DNA of 40,589 nucleotides from a virus: IMG/VR virus record IMGVR_UViG_3300020215_000039, one strand, 5' to 3'. This document shows, piece by piece, positions 7,208 through 15,595 of the stretch. Position 1 is the first letter of the stretch; each line of letters opens with the position of its first letter. The notes beneath the pieces are model-generated. The model searched no databases, was not told the DNA's origin, and saw nothing but the letters and a program-made list of their open reading frames with translations. A program made the translations under genes and the position numbers.

Positions 7208-7215
7208 AATCAGAA

Positions 7216-7386
7216 ATGAAATGCACGGTTATGTTTAAGAAAAATATTATGCCGGATTGGTGCGAATACATTAATTCATACTACGTTCGCGATGGCTTTA
7301 TATTTTTTGAAAACATAGGTTCATCGGGTCTCTTTTACGCTTTTCCTCTAGATGAGATTTTGTCAATTACTACAACGGAGAAATAA
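7216..7386 (+). CDS. Hypothetical protein
   Basis: Track ORF 7204..7386. First ATG is at 7216. No clear SD. Confidence 0.45.
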   Translation: MKCTVMFKKNIMPDWCEYINSYYVRDGFIFFENIGSSGLFYAFPLDEILSITTTEK

Positions 7387-7387
7387 T

Positions 7388-7684
7388 ATGGAATTCCCTT
7401 TAAAGTTCGCCTCTGATTACTCTATCCGTGACGCTAATGACAAGGTGATCTGTCCTTGCATTATTTACCGCTCTGACAAGTATCACATAGATGAGCAGAT
7501 TGCTAACGGGAACATGATCGTAAGTGAGTTGAATAATAAACACGGGTACTTTTTAAACAAAGAAAAGAAATGGGAACGATTAGACGACATGGCTTTAAAA
7601 ACCACGTTGGAAGAAGTTAACGGCGAGACAGTGACAGTGGAAGAACCAGTAAACGGTAAATTGCATAAATCTAGGAAAAAATAA
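7388..7684 (+). CDS. Hypothetical protein (98 aa)
   Basis: In-frame ATG of track ORF 7352..7684, with GGAG 8 nt upstream. Confidence 0.7.
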   Translation: MEFPLKFASDYSIRDANDKVICPCIIYRSDKYHIDEQIANGNMIVSELNNKHGYFLNKEKKWERLDDMALKTTLEEVNGETVTVEEPVNGKLHKSRKK

Positions 7685-7685
7685 A

Positions 7686-9797
7686 GTGGACGAGCTAAAC
7701 CAACCCGACGACTTAGAGACTACTGACATTCAAGCGCCTACCGGCGTTGATGCTGATGCTACCCCTACATCGATTGTAGACGAGATCGACGATAACGAGC
7801 TATCGGTCTATATCATTAATAGGCTTCAAGCAGATATCCGTGACCGTGAAGCGTTCGGCTGGAACGCCATGCGGGTCTATGACGAGTATGCCTATAACGG
7901 TTACAAAAAGAAAGCAAATGAGCCATGGAATAACGCATCCAATTACTCTGTCCGCATGACAACGACGCTTGTCGATACCGCACACGCTAACACTATAGGT
8001 AGTATCTTCGCTGATCCTAATAAGGTTGCCGACGTTGAAGGTATTGGCAAAGAAGACGTTAGAAACGCAAAAAACATTTCCTCTTTAATTAATTGGCAAG
8101 TATTAAACGATATTGACGATGCCAAGGATGTCTTGGATAAGGCGGTGCACACCGCATTCAAACATGGAAACTCACCGATAAAAGTTATCCAAGGCTCCGG
8201 CATCGCAGGTCAGAAGAAAAAGATCATCTGGAGACGTATTAACATCTGGAATATGTTTCTACCTGTAAACGCTCAAGGTGTGCAGCCGAGACACACCGAC
8301 CATGTATTCGAGTTAATCCCATTAGATGAGAACGATTGGGAATCACGCAAAGGATTGAAAGGACCAGACGGCAAAGTGGTCTATGATGGAATTGAGGATC
8401 TAGGAAAAGGCAATTATATTTTCTCCTCCACAGGAATGGAAGAGATTACGACTGCGAAAGATAGAACCTCTGGCACATCGCTGGGTGATATGTACTCTCG
8501 AGATATGAGATACATTCTTGAGTGTTACCTGACCTATCCGCATAAAGATAAAAAGACAAACGAGGTAACCTTAGTTGAGCTGGTAGTTACACTTGCTCCG
8601 AACGGTGGAAAGGTTATGCGAAAGGTTGAAAACACCGACATTGATGAAGCAACTGGCGATGCCGTTAGACCTTACGTCTGGAAGTTTCAGCCCTATCCCA
8701 GAGAAGATAGAGCCTATGGCGATTCACTCCCATGGCTTATCCGTCAGTCTCAGGAAGAGTTGGATTACGCTCACAATCAGGTTTTTAATGCGATTGAAAA
8801 GATCGTTAAAACTCCCACATTCTACGATCCGAACGGTGGCTTTGATCCTGAAGAGGTTCAGATGACCCCTAATGGTTGGTATCCGGTTCCGAACCCGAAT
8901 CAGAATATCTTTATCCCATCTTACGATTACGGCTCTATCTTTCAGCACTATCGCTCATTTGATCTTTATTGGGAATACGCCCAGAGGCAGACTGGTTTAA
9001 CTGAACTCTTCCAAGGCCGACAACAGGACCGTCAGACGACGCTGGGTGAAGCTGAGATTAGGACTAACAAGGCTGAGATCAGATTTAAAGTTATTTATGA
9101 CAGGCTTGAAGCCGGATTCTCAGAGTTACTTTATCTGACTTATTTTTACGATAGAAAATGGCTCCCTGAAGATACTGTCATCAAGGTGTTAGGAACTAGC
9201 GATTATAAAGCAGTCGCAGAAATATTTCCTGAAGGAATCAGCGGCCTTTACAATTTCCGTTTCTCGAGCGCTCCTCTAACAGAGAAAGCAAAAAGACGTA
9301 ACGACATTGAGCAGGCTTATCTTAAAGCCATGTCCATGTCGATGGTTGCAAACTCAGACGCGAATCAATGGAAGCTTTTAAACTGGTATTGGGAAGAGCT
9401 TGGATTTAGAAACCTTGGAGATGTAATTTCTAAACCAAAAGAAGCAAACATCATGAGCCCACAGGAAGCGATTCAAAGAATTATGTCGGGTGAGTATGAA
9501 ATCATCCCAGATCCTGGTATCGACGCACCAGATTATATTCTCCGTCTTAAATCATTTATGCGATCTGATACGTTTAAGAAGGCAAAGCAAGAGGAAAAAC
9601 AAGCAATCATGACGCTGCTTCGTCGCGTTGATATGATCCGTATGGGTCAACAGCTTGCGATTCAAGATGCGCAGATATTGAAACAGAGAATGGCTCAGGA
9701 AGCTGCAGTTATGGGTAATTCTGATATGACTGAAAGCGGAGTAAGAAATTACATGAATGGCGCATCGCCTGATAATCAGCCGGCAGGTGTGCAATGA
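7686..9797 (+). CDS. Portal protein
   Basis: 703 aa, GTG start. Call rests on size and position between terL and scaffold/MCP, plus an acidic N-terminus. No specific motif was verified. Confidence 0.8.
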   Translation: MDELNQPDDLETTDIQAPTGVDADATPTSIVDEIDDNELSVYIINRLQADIRDREAFGWNAMRVYDEYAYNGYKKKANEPWNNASNYSVRMTTTLVDTAHANTIGSIFADPNKVADVEGIGKEDVRNAKNISSLINWQVLNDIDDAKDVLDKAVHTAFKHGNSPIKVIQGSGIAGQKKKIIWRRINIWNMFLPVNAQGVQPRHTDHVFELIPLDENDWESRKGLKGPDGKVVYDGIEDLGKGNYIFSSTGMEEITTAKDRTSGTSLGDMYSRDMRYILECYLTYPHKDKKTNEVTLVELVVTLAPNGGKVMRKVENTDIDEATGDAVRPYVWKFQPYPREDRAYGDSLPWLIRQSQEELDYAHNQVFNAIEKIVKTPTFYDPNGGFDPEEVQMTPNGWYPVPNPNQNIFIPSYDYGSIFQHYRSFDLYWEYAQRQTGLTELFQGRQQDRQTTLGEAEIRTNKAEIRFKVIYDRLEAGFSELLYLTYFYDRKWLPEDTVIKVLGTSDYKAVAEIFPEGISGLYNFRFSSAPLTEKAKRRNDIEQAYLKAMSMSMVANSDANQWKLLNWYWEELGFRNLGDVISKPKEANIMSPQEAIQRIMSGEYEIIPDPGIDAPDYILRLKSFMRSDTFKKAKQEEKQAIMTLLRRVDMIRMGQQLAIQDAQILKQRMAQEAAVMGNSDMTESGVRNYMNGASPDNQPAGVQ

Positions 9798-10066
9798 AAA
9801 AATATACCCGTGAGGACAAGCTCAGAATCTCCGAACAATTACTAGCCTCAGAATATTGGGAATGGTTGAAGAGCGAATATGAAAAAGAAGCGAAAAGGTT
9901 CGAAACGTCGCAGCACACGGACCCGGAGAAAGATAAAACGCTCATCTTTAGACAAGGCATTTATGCAGGAATTAAGCTCTGCCTTGAATTGCCTGAAACC
10001 GTTAGATCAGGTAATGAAAAATTAATCAACCGCATAATGTCAGCGGTCATGGGAGACAGAACATGA
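9794..10066 (+). CDS. Hypothetical head-module protein (90 aa)
   Basis: ATGA overlap with the portal gene. Confidence 0.75.
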   Translation: MKKYTREDKLRISEQLLASEYWEWLKSEYEKEAKRFETSQHTDPEKDKTLIFRQGIYAGIKLCLELPETVRSGNEKLINRIMSAVMGDRT

Positions 10067-10314
10067 AATACGATATGCCGGTACTGAAAGAAGCAAAAGG
10101 AAAAGGAAAGATTAAATCCATCCACATTGATATCGCTGAAAATGGATTCAAATACTGCGCTCATACTGACAAAATGGAATCAAAAGATTATGTGTATGAA
10201 GACATTGCAGATGTACTTAAAGCCGTTAAAGACGATCTGACTAGTCCACATTTAAGGACATATAAGAAAGACAAGGGTTTAATGTCAGAAGCTAAAAGGA
10301 CGAAGAAGTGCTAA
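10063..10314 (+). CDS. Hypothetical head-module protein (83 aa)
   Basis: ATGA overlap with the upstream ORF. Confidence 0.75.
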   Translation: MKYDMPVLKEAKGKGKIKSIHIDIAENGFKYCAHTDKMESKDYVYEDIADVLKAVKDDLTSPHLRTYKKDKGLMSEAKRTKKC

Positions 10315-10829
10315 CGCAAACTCTAGATTCAGGCGAGAAAATCCATACCCAAGACGGTTATATTCAGTCGGTAGAGCCCGCTGAAACCCTCTTTGGATAT
10401 ACCTGTTTCTCCGCCATGATTCCACCGATGAAGCCAGAAAATATGCTGATCCTTGGTTACGGTAACGGGACCGTATCGGAACTCACTAAGAAAATCTGGG
10501 GTGACGTTAAGGTAACCGGCATTGATCTAAATGCTCCTTTAAAAGTGTCTGGAAAGGACATCGTGATCGAGATGGACGCACAGGAATTTGTGAAAGATTG
10601 TCGGAGCCAATACGATTACATTGTCATTGATCTATATAACGGAAAAGAAGTTTGTGAGTTTATCTTTAATGAAGATTTTGTCCGTAAGCTTCGAGAGATT
10701 TGCAGCTTAAGGCTATCAATCAATTTGTTTGAGTATCACATTACGAAAGATATTCATTATTGGGAATTTTTCAAGCATGAGATCTCAAAGACAATAGGAA
10801 GGAATAGAGTAAGTTTCTTTAAAAAATGA
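10308..10829 (+). CDS. Class I SAM-methyltransferase or spermidine-synthase-like fold protein
   Basis: 173 aa, GTG start. Motif I-like LILGYGNGT, then VTGIDLN, then DYIVIDLYNG. Confidence 0.55.
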   Translation: MLTQTLDSGEKIHTQDGYIQSVEPAETLFGYTCFSAMIPPMKPENMLILGYGNGTVSELTKKIWGDVKVTGIDLNAPLKVSGKDIVIEMDAQEFVKDCRSQYDYIVIDLYNGKEVCEFIFNEDFVRKLREICSLRLSINLFEYHITKDIHYWEFFKHEISKTIGRNRVSFFKK

Positions 10830-11047
10830 AATTTGAAATAGATGTAGACCCAACAAGATTTATTTGTTTTGCGTGTTTTAAACCAGCAAATGTGTTTTGT
10901 GGAGATAGAAGTTTTTGCAAGAGATGTTGGGAGTTTTTAGGGTGGTACGACATCGACAACAATTTGGTTGACGGAAACCCAAAAACAGAATTCCATTTAT
11001 TTAACTATTTGCATCAAATTGGAGAGATACATAAACCAATAAAGTAA
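10826..11047 (+). CDS. Small zinc-finger protein (73 aa)
   Basis: ATGA overlap. Motifs CFACF ... CGDRSFCKRC. Confidence 0.7.
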   Translation: MKFEIDVDPTRFICFACFKPANVFCGDRSFCKRCWEFLGWYDIDNNLVDGNPKTEFHLFNYLHQIGEIHKPIK

Positions 11048-11062
11048 GAAGTTAATCATATC

Positions 11063-11200
11063 ACCAAAACGCCCCGCTACGGCACGTGTGATTCCGACAA
11101 ATTTGGGAATCAGCTCTGTAGCGGGGCTTTCCTTTTGGTAGTAAAGGCTCTCACCGATAGAGCGCTTGCTACCAAAAAACTTTCTCCCTTCAAGGGAGGA
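11063..11200 (+). promoter_or_regulatory. Highly structured leader upstream of scaffold and MCP genes, with mutually exclusive helices
   Basis: accaaaa (11063-69) + gccccgctac (11071-80) pair with gtagcggggc (11118-27) + ttttggt (11133-39). Alternatively ttttggtag (11133-41) pairs with ctaccaaaa (11169-77). A further hairpin ctccc/gggag lies at 11184-11198. Confidence 0.4.
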
Positions 11201-11223
11201 AATATAAAACGGAGGTTTGAAAA

Positions 11224-11952
11224 ATGGAGCTTGAAAAAGACGTGATTGAATCGGAATCGTCTACCGATATTGATTCTCAGGAGCCAACACCCAACTCGAG
11301 TGAGGGTAACAACTCGTTAAAAGGCGAAGAGAACTTCAAGGAACTACTGAAAAAGAAAGACAAGGCAATTAGTGACTTGCGGGCGAAGCTGGAAAGCTAT
11401 CAGTCCGAGAAAGAGGAAAGGATAGAGGAACTGGAGTCTAAAAAGCGTCTGAGCGCATCCGAACAGGACGAACTTGAATCGCTTCAGGATCAAGTGGCCG
11501 CTATCAAAAGAGATAAAAGATCAAAACCCTGGTTAGAGGTGAACAAGGAAATATCGAAGAACGTTACCAAAGACGGGATTGATTCTTTAGATCTTGCCTA
11601 TGCTGAAGAGTTTGTAGAGGAACTAGCCGAGAAAGAAGGAAAGGACGTGGATGAGTTCATGCCCGAGATTAAAAAGTATATGCGCCGGGTAGACCCCGAA
11701 GCGAATATGCGCCTTCTTACCAGAGCCAAGAAAGCCTACAAGATGATGAAGCATGAGGAAACTCTCTCTAAACGTGAGAAGGAATTGCTTGAAAAAGAAA
11801 GACGTTTTTCTGAAGCAGGAGGTTCCAAACAGCCCAAAGCTCCATCTAGAGACGAATTACTCGGTTGGAAAAACAGCAAAGACCCTGACTTAGCTTTAAC
11901 ACAGTTACTTAAAGGGGTTAATGCCGTTCAATCAGAGCAAACGTCCAGATAA
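11224..11952 (+). CDS. Scaffolding protein candidate
   Basis: 242 aa, acidic with a coiled-coil composition. Directly upstream of the MCP. SD GGAGG present. Confidence 0.65.
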   Translation: MELEKDVIESESSTDIDSQEPTPNSSEGNNSLKGEENFKELLKKKDKAISDLRAKLESYQSEKEERIEELESKKRLSASEQDELESLQDQVAAIKRDKRSKPWLEVNKEISKNVTKDGIDSLDLAYAEEFVEELAEKEGKDVDEFMPEIKKYMRRVDPEANMRLLTRAKKAYKMMKHEETLSKREKELLEKERRFSEAGGSKQPKAPSRDELLGWKNSKDPDLALTQLLKGVNAVQSEQTSR

Positions 11953-11978
11953 TCTCCACGAACAAGGAGGCCATTTAA

Positions 11979-12875
11979 ATGGCACAGAACGTTTACTTAG
12001 ATTCATATTATGCGGTTGGTAACCGTGAAGATTTAATCAACATCATCACGAATATCAGCCCTGAAGAAACAGTATTTATGTCCCGCATCGGCAAGACTAC
12101 CGCGACCCTTCGCGTTCACGAATGGTTGACTGAAACACTGCAAGCCGCAAACTCCGGCAATGCAGTTCTCGAAGGTGCGACAGCCGCCTATGCGTCCAGC
12201 GATGTAACCCCCCGGACCAGAGTGTCAAACCACACTCAGATCCTCCGTAAAACCTTCAGCGTTTCCTACTCTCAGGATCGTTTCGATAAAGCCGGAATTT
12301 CTGGCACGGAATTTGATCATCAGAGAATGCTGAAAACCAAAGAATTGGCTCGTGATATGAACTCGGCACTTATCAATCAAGCCTCTGCTTCCGGCACGTC
12401 TGCGGTTGCAAGAACCTTGAATGGTATGTTGGCTGCGATCACCACCAACACTGGTTCTGCTAACAGCCTTCCTCTCGATGAAGCGAACTTTAACACGGTT
12501 CTGCAAAACATCTGGACCCAAGGTGGAGCGCCGAATGCGGTTTACGTTGGCGGATTCAACAAACGGACGATCTCCGGTTGGACTTCTCCTTTAAACCGTA
12601 ACATCGACGCGGCTGGCAAAAAGCGCGTGGTTGCGACGGATGTTTATGATTCTGACTTCGGTCAAATGTCGATCTATCTTGAACGGCATATGCCTGCGGC
12701 TCAGGTCGCTATCTTGGAAGAGAAGTATTGGAAAACGGCATTCGCCCGTCCGCTCTTCTTCGAAGAAACCGGAAAACGCGGTGGAGTTCGGGAAGGTTAC
12801 GTGGAATCCGAAATCACACTCGAATACTTGGCCGAAAATTCCAGTGGCAAAATCACTGGAACGGCAACTGCTTAA
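11979..12875 (+). CDS. Major capsid protein (DUF5309/SU10-type, HK97 fold)
   Basis: 298 aa with SD AAGGAGG. N-terminal signature GNREDLINIITNISPEETVFMSRIG...VHEW, as recalled for this family. Confidence 0.88.
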   Translation: MAQNVYLDSYYAVGNREDLINIITNISPEETVFMSRIGKTTATLRVHEWLTETLQAANSGNAVLEGATAAYASSDVTPRTRVSNHTQILRKTFSVSYSQDRFDKAGISGTEFDHQRMLKTKELARDMNSALINQASASGTSAVARTLNGMLAAITTNTGSANSLPLDEANFNTVLQNIWTQGGAPNAVYVGGFNKRTISGWTSPLNRNIDAAGKKRVVATDVYDSDFGQMSIYLERHMPAAQVAILEEKYWKTAFARPLFFEETGKRGGVREGYVESEITLEYLAENSSGKITGTATA

Positions 12876-12889
12876 TAGGAGGCGCATAA

Positions 12890-13354
12890 ATGAATAAATT
12901 AAAAGGTTTGTTTATCGCTTCACTGTTAATCATGTCGGCTGGAATCGCGAAAGCGGATCTTATTTCCGGTCAAAGCGGTTGGAACTTCACTCATTTCGCT
13001 GATTCAGGGTCCTTGACCACTGAAGCTGTTGAAATTGGTGCGATCTATATGTCCTCGGGTATCAGCACTCAGGCAGATTACGGCATTCTGTTCTCTACGA
13101 ATGCAACGTCTTCTGTTCTGTTCGGCGCTCTCCCCGCGGCTGGTCGAGTCAGCCCTGCGTTGATCTTCAACTCAACGACTACCCTGACCGGTGACCAATT
13201 GGCTCCCGCAATGGATCGCGTGTGGAACGCAATCGGACCTGATGGAAACGGTATCCGCCTCAACAACGGCGCTTATTGGTTTGCATCGGCCGGTGCATCT
13301 GGTGAAGCTCGCCGCGCTGTTATCAAATGGCGCAGAGGCAAATCAGGTAACTAA
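12890..13354 (+). CDS. Small secreted-type protein co-transcribed with the MCP
   Basis: 154 aa with SD AGGAGG. N-terminus MNKLKGLFIASLLIMSAGIAKA|DL is a textbook Sec signal with an AxA site. Confidence 0.8.
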   Translation: MNKLKGLFIASLLIMSAGIAKADLISGQSGWNFTHFADSGSLTTEAVEIGAIYMSSGISTQADYGILFSTNATSSVLFGALPAAGRVSPALIFNSTTTLTGDQLAPAMDRVWNAIGPDGNGIRLNNGAYWFASAGASGEARRAVIKWRRGKSGN

Positions 13355-13362
13355 TAGTTTAA

Positions 13363-13396
13363 TCGGACGGGGGAGGTTAACGCCTCCCTCGTCTGA
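13363..13396 (+). terminator. Strong 14-bp hairpin after the MCP pair (attenuator or stabiliser; no U-tract)
   Basis: tcggacgggggagg-ttaacg-cctccctcgtctga. Pairing includes two G-U pairs. Followed by tgcttt only. Confidence 0.4.
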
Positions 13397-13412
13397 TGCT
13401 TTAAAAGGAAAC

Positions 13413-13760
13413 ATGAAAGAGTATTTACAATCCTGCGGTTTAGAAGAAGCAAAAGACATGATCGGCTTTATTGAGCAGATCAAGGCTTATAAAGCATACG
13501 TTCTAGCTCGCCGCCGTGCAGAGATTAAAAGAACTCTTGAAGAATGCAAGGAACAAAGAAGTTTAAACCTTCTCTCTTCTAACGGCTGGAACAAAGATAA
13601 GACACTTAAGGCTAAAGCGAAAATCCCGCAATGGATGATTTTTGATGAGGAATACGGCAAGTATTTCGACCCAGAAATCCCGGTTGAGGATAGAGCAAAA
13701 GAAAAAGAAAAGCTACTTAAACGATTGGATAAGGAATATGGAAACTTCAGAGTCTCGTAA
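13413..13760 (+). CDS. Hypothetical protein (115 aa)
   Basis: In-frame ATG of track ORF 13191..13760, with AAGGA upstream. The longer version would overlap 12890..13354 and span the hairpin. Confidence 0.6.
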   Translation: MKEYLQSCGLEEAKDMIGFIEQIKAYKAYVLARRRAEIKRTLEECKEQRSLNLLSSNGWNKDKTLKAKAKIPQWMIFDEEYGKYFDPEIPVEDRAKEKEKLLKRLDKEYGNFRVS

Positions 13761-14874
13761 GCTTTGCATCTACGGCGTGAACGGTTCTAAAAACGGTTGC
13801 GATTTTTATCGCATTCAGCAGCCTTTCTCCCGTCTAGCTGAATCTGAAAAGTTTATGTGTGCATCAAGCTCGCTTCTTAAAGGGTTGGACGATCAAACAC
13901 TCTGGACGGACAAGGCTGATGTCATCGTTTCGCAGATTGGAACGTCGGAAAAATTCTTAGATTACGTGTTCGATAATCAAGGAAAAAAGAAATTTGTCTT
14001 AGATATGGATGACAACCTATTTGCGGTTTCTCCATACAATCCAGCCTATCGCCAGCATGGAATCAGCGAGGTTGAAGTGACGGTAAACGGAGAGAAGGTA
14101 ATGTTGTGGGAAGACGGTAAAAACGGCTTTCAGATTAAAGAAAACAAAGCCCGCCTCTTCCTCTTTCAAGAGATGTTAAAGATCGTTGACCTAGTTACTA
14201 CCCCTTCACCAGTCCTTGCCGGAGTATTTAAAAAGAAAGGCGCAAAAAACGTGAAGGTCATTAAAAACTTCATTGATTTTAAAGTCTGGAAGCCATTAAG
14301 GATCGTAAAAGATGAGTTTGTACGCATTGGTTATCAAGGCGGATGGTCCCATTACGAAGATTGGTGCGAGATTAAAGACGTAATGCTTGAGATCATGCAA
14401 AAGCACAAAAACGTGAAGCTCATCATCATGGGCCAACATTATGAAGGAACATTGAAAGGTATCGAGAAGGAAAGAATCGAAGTTGAACCGTGGATGCCGG
14501 TTGAGATTTATCCATGGAAATGGAAAACACTAAATATCGATATCGGTATTGCGCCTCTTAAACAAACTGAATTTTCAATTTGCAAAAGTGAGCTTAAGTG
14601 GGAAGAGTATGGAGCGCTTAGCATTCCCTGCATCGCCTCTAACATTCCGCCCTACAATCTTGCAATCGAACATGGGAAAACAGGTCTTCTGGCTTCTAGT
14701 CAAGATGAGTGGTTTGATTATTTAGACCAGATGATAACAAGTGCAAACCTGAGAGAGAAGCTTGGACAGCAAGCAATGGAAAAGGTTAAAGCATCGTATG
14801 ACATAGACAAAGAGGTGGAGCAATACGAAAAAGCGTACGCAGCTCTATTTAAACCGGAGGTTTTAGTTGTATGA
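13738..14874 (+). CDS. GT1/GT4-family glycosyltransferase
   Basis: C-terminal EX7E-type motif EEYGALSIPCIASNIPPYNLAIEHGKTGLL. Rossmann-like start KLCIYGVNGS. Start is uncertain (13642/13645 is the alternative). Confidence 0.8.
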   Translation: METSESRKLCIYGVNGSKNGCDFYRIQQPFSRLAESEKFMCASSSLLKGLDDQTLWTDKADVIVSQIGTSEKFLDYVFDNQGKKKFVLDMDDNLFAVSPYNPAYRQHGISEVEVTVNGEKVMLWEDGKNGFQIKENKARLFLFQEMLKIVDLVTTPSPVLAGVFKKKGAKNVKVIKNFIDFKVWKPLRIVKDEFVRIGYQGGWSHYEDWCEIKDVMLEIMQKHKNVKLIIMGQHYEGTLKGIEKERIEVEPWMPVEIYPWKWKTLNIDIGIAPLKQTEFSICKSELKWEEYGALSIPCIASNIPPYNLAIEHGKTGLLASSQDEWFDYLDQMITSANLREKLGQQAMEKVKASYDIDKEVEQYEKAYAALFKPEVLVV

Positions 14875-15149
14875 GTTTATCGGTTCCCACTATTATCAAT
14901 CTTACTCTAACTAACGCCAACACAGAATACTCACAGGCGTTAAAATCGTTTGCTTCACGGTTTTCAATCCAATGCCGCACCGTTGCTGATATCAAATTAT
15001 CTTTTACGTCCGGGCAGAGTGGTGCAACCTATATCACCATTCCTGGCGGGTCAACATTTACCCAGAATGGAATTTTCAGCGGTGTTTTAACACTGTATGT
15101 ACAAAGCCCGTCCGCCGGCGCTGTTGTTGAAATTTTAGAGTGGTCCTAA
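14871..15149 (+). CDS. Small beta-rich virion-module protein (92 aa)
   Basis: ATGA overlap with the glycosyltransferase gene. Confidence 0.75.
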   Translation: MSLSVPTIINLTLTNANTEYSQALKSFASRFSIQCRTVADIKLSFTSGQSGATYITIPGGSTFTQNGIFSGVLTLYVQSPSAGAVVEILEWS

Positions 15150-15160
15150 GGAGGAGTTAA

Positions 15161-15595
15161 ATGGCAAAAGAAACGTATCAAGACGTAATCAAAGCGAAGT
15201 TAAGTTCCCTGATTCAAAACTCCGTCGATATCAAAAATATTTACGAAGACTTTTTGAAAGAAATTGGAACATTGCAGAAACAACGAGATCAAGTTATGGC
15301 CGATACGGAAAAGAGAAAAACTGAATGGGCCAAAACTGTCCAAGAAAAAGAAGCTTATTTAGCTGAGTTTGACAAAAACCTAAAGAAAGAGCGCGAGAAG
15401 ATTGAAAATGATAAGCGCGAAGCAAAGTCGGTTCTGGTTATGGCTCAGGAAGAAAAGATGAAGTATGAGAAGCTTTTAAAAGATGTCACCGCCAAGGAAA
15501 AGAAAGCGGACGAAAAAATTGCTGAAGTCGATCTGTTGAAGAAAATGTATGAATCAAAGATCGAGAAAATCAAGGCACTCACACAGCAGGTGTAA
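15161..15595 (+). CDS. Coiled-coil protein (144 aa)
   Basis: SD AAGGAGG. K/E-rich heptad-like composition. Confidence 0.75.
   Translation: MAKETYQDVIKAKLSSLIQNSVDIKNIYEDFLKEIGTLQKQRDQVMADTEKRKTEWAKTVQEKEAYLAEFDKNLKKEREKIENDKREAKSVLVMAQEEKMKYEKLLKDVTAKEKKADEKIAEVDLLKKMYESKIEKIKALTQQV

Noticed and set aside
13191-13412. N-terminal extension of track ORF 13191..13760
   Set aside because: It would overlap the signal-peptide ORF 12890..13354 out of frame and read through the 14-bp hairpin. An internal ATG at 13413 with AAGGA upstream gives a sensible protein.
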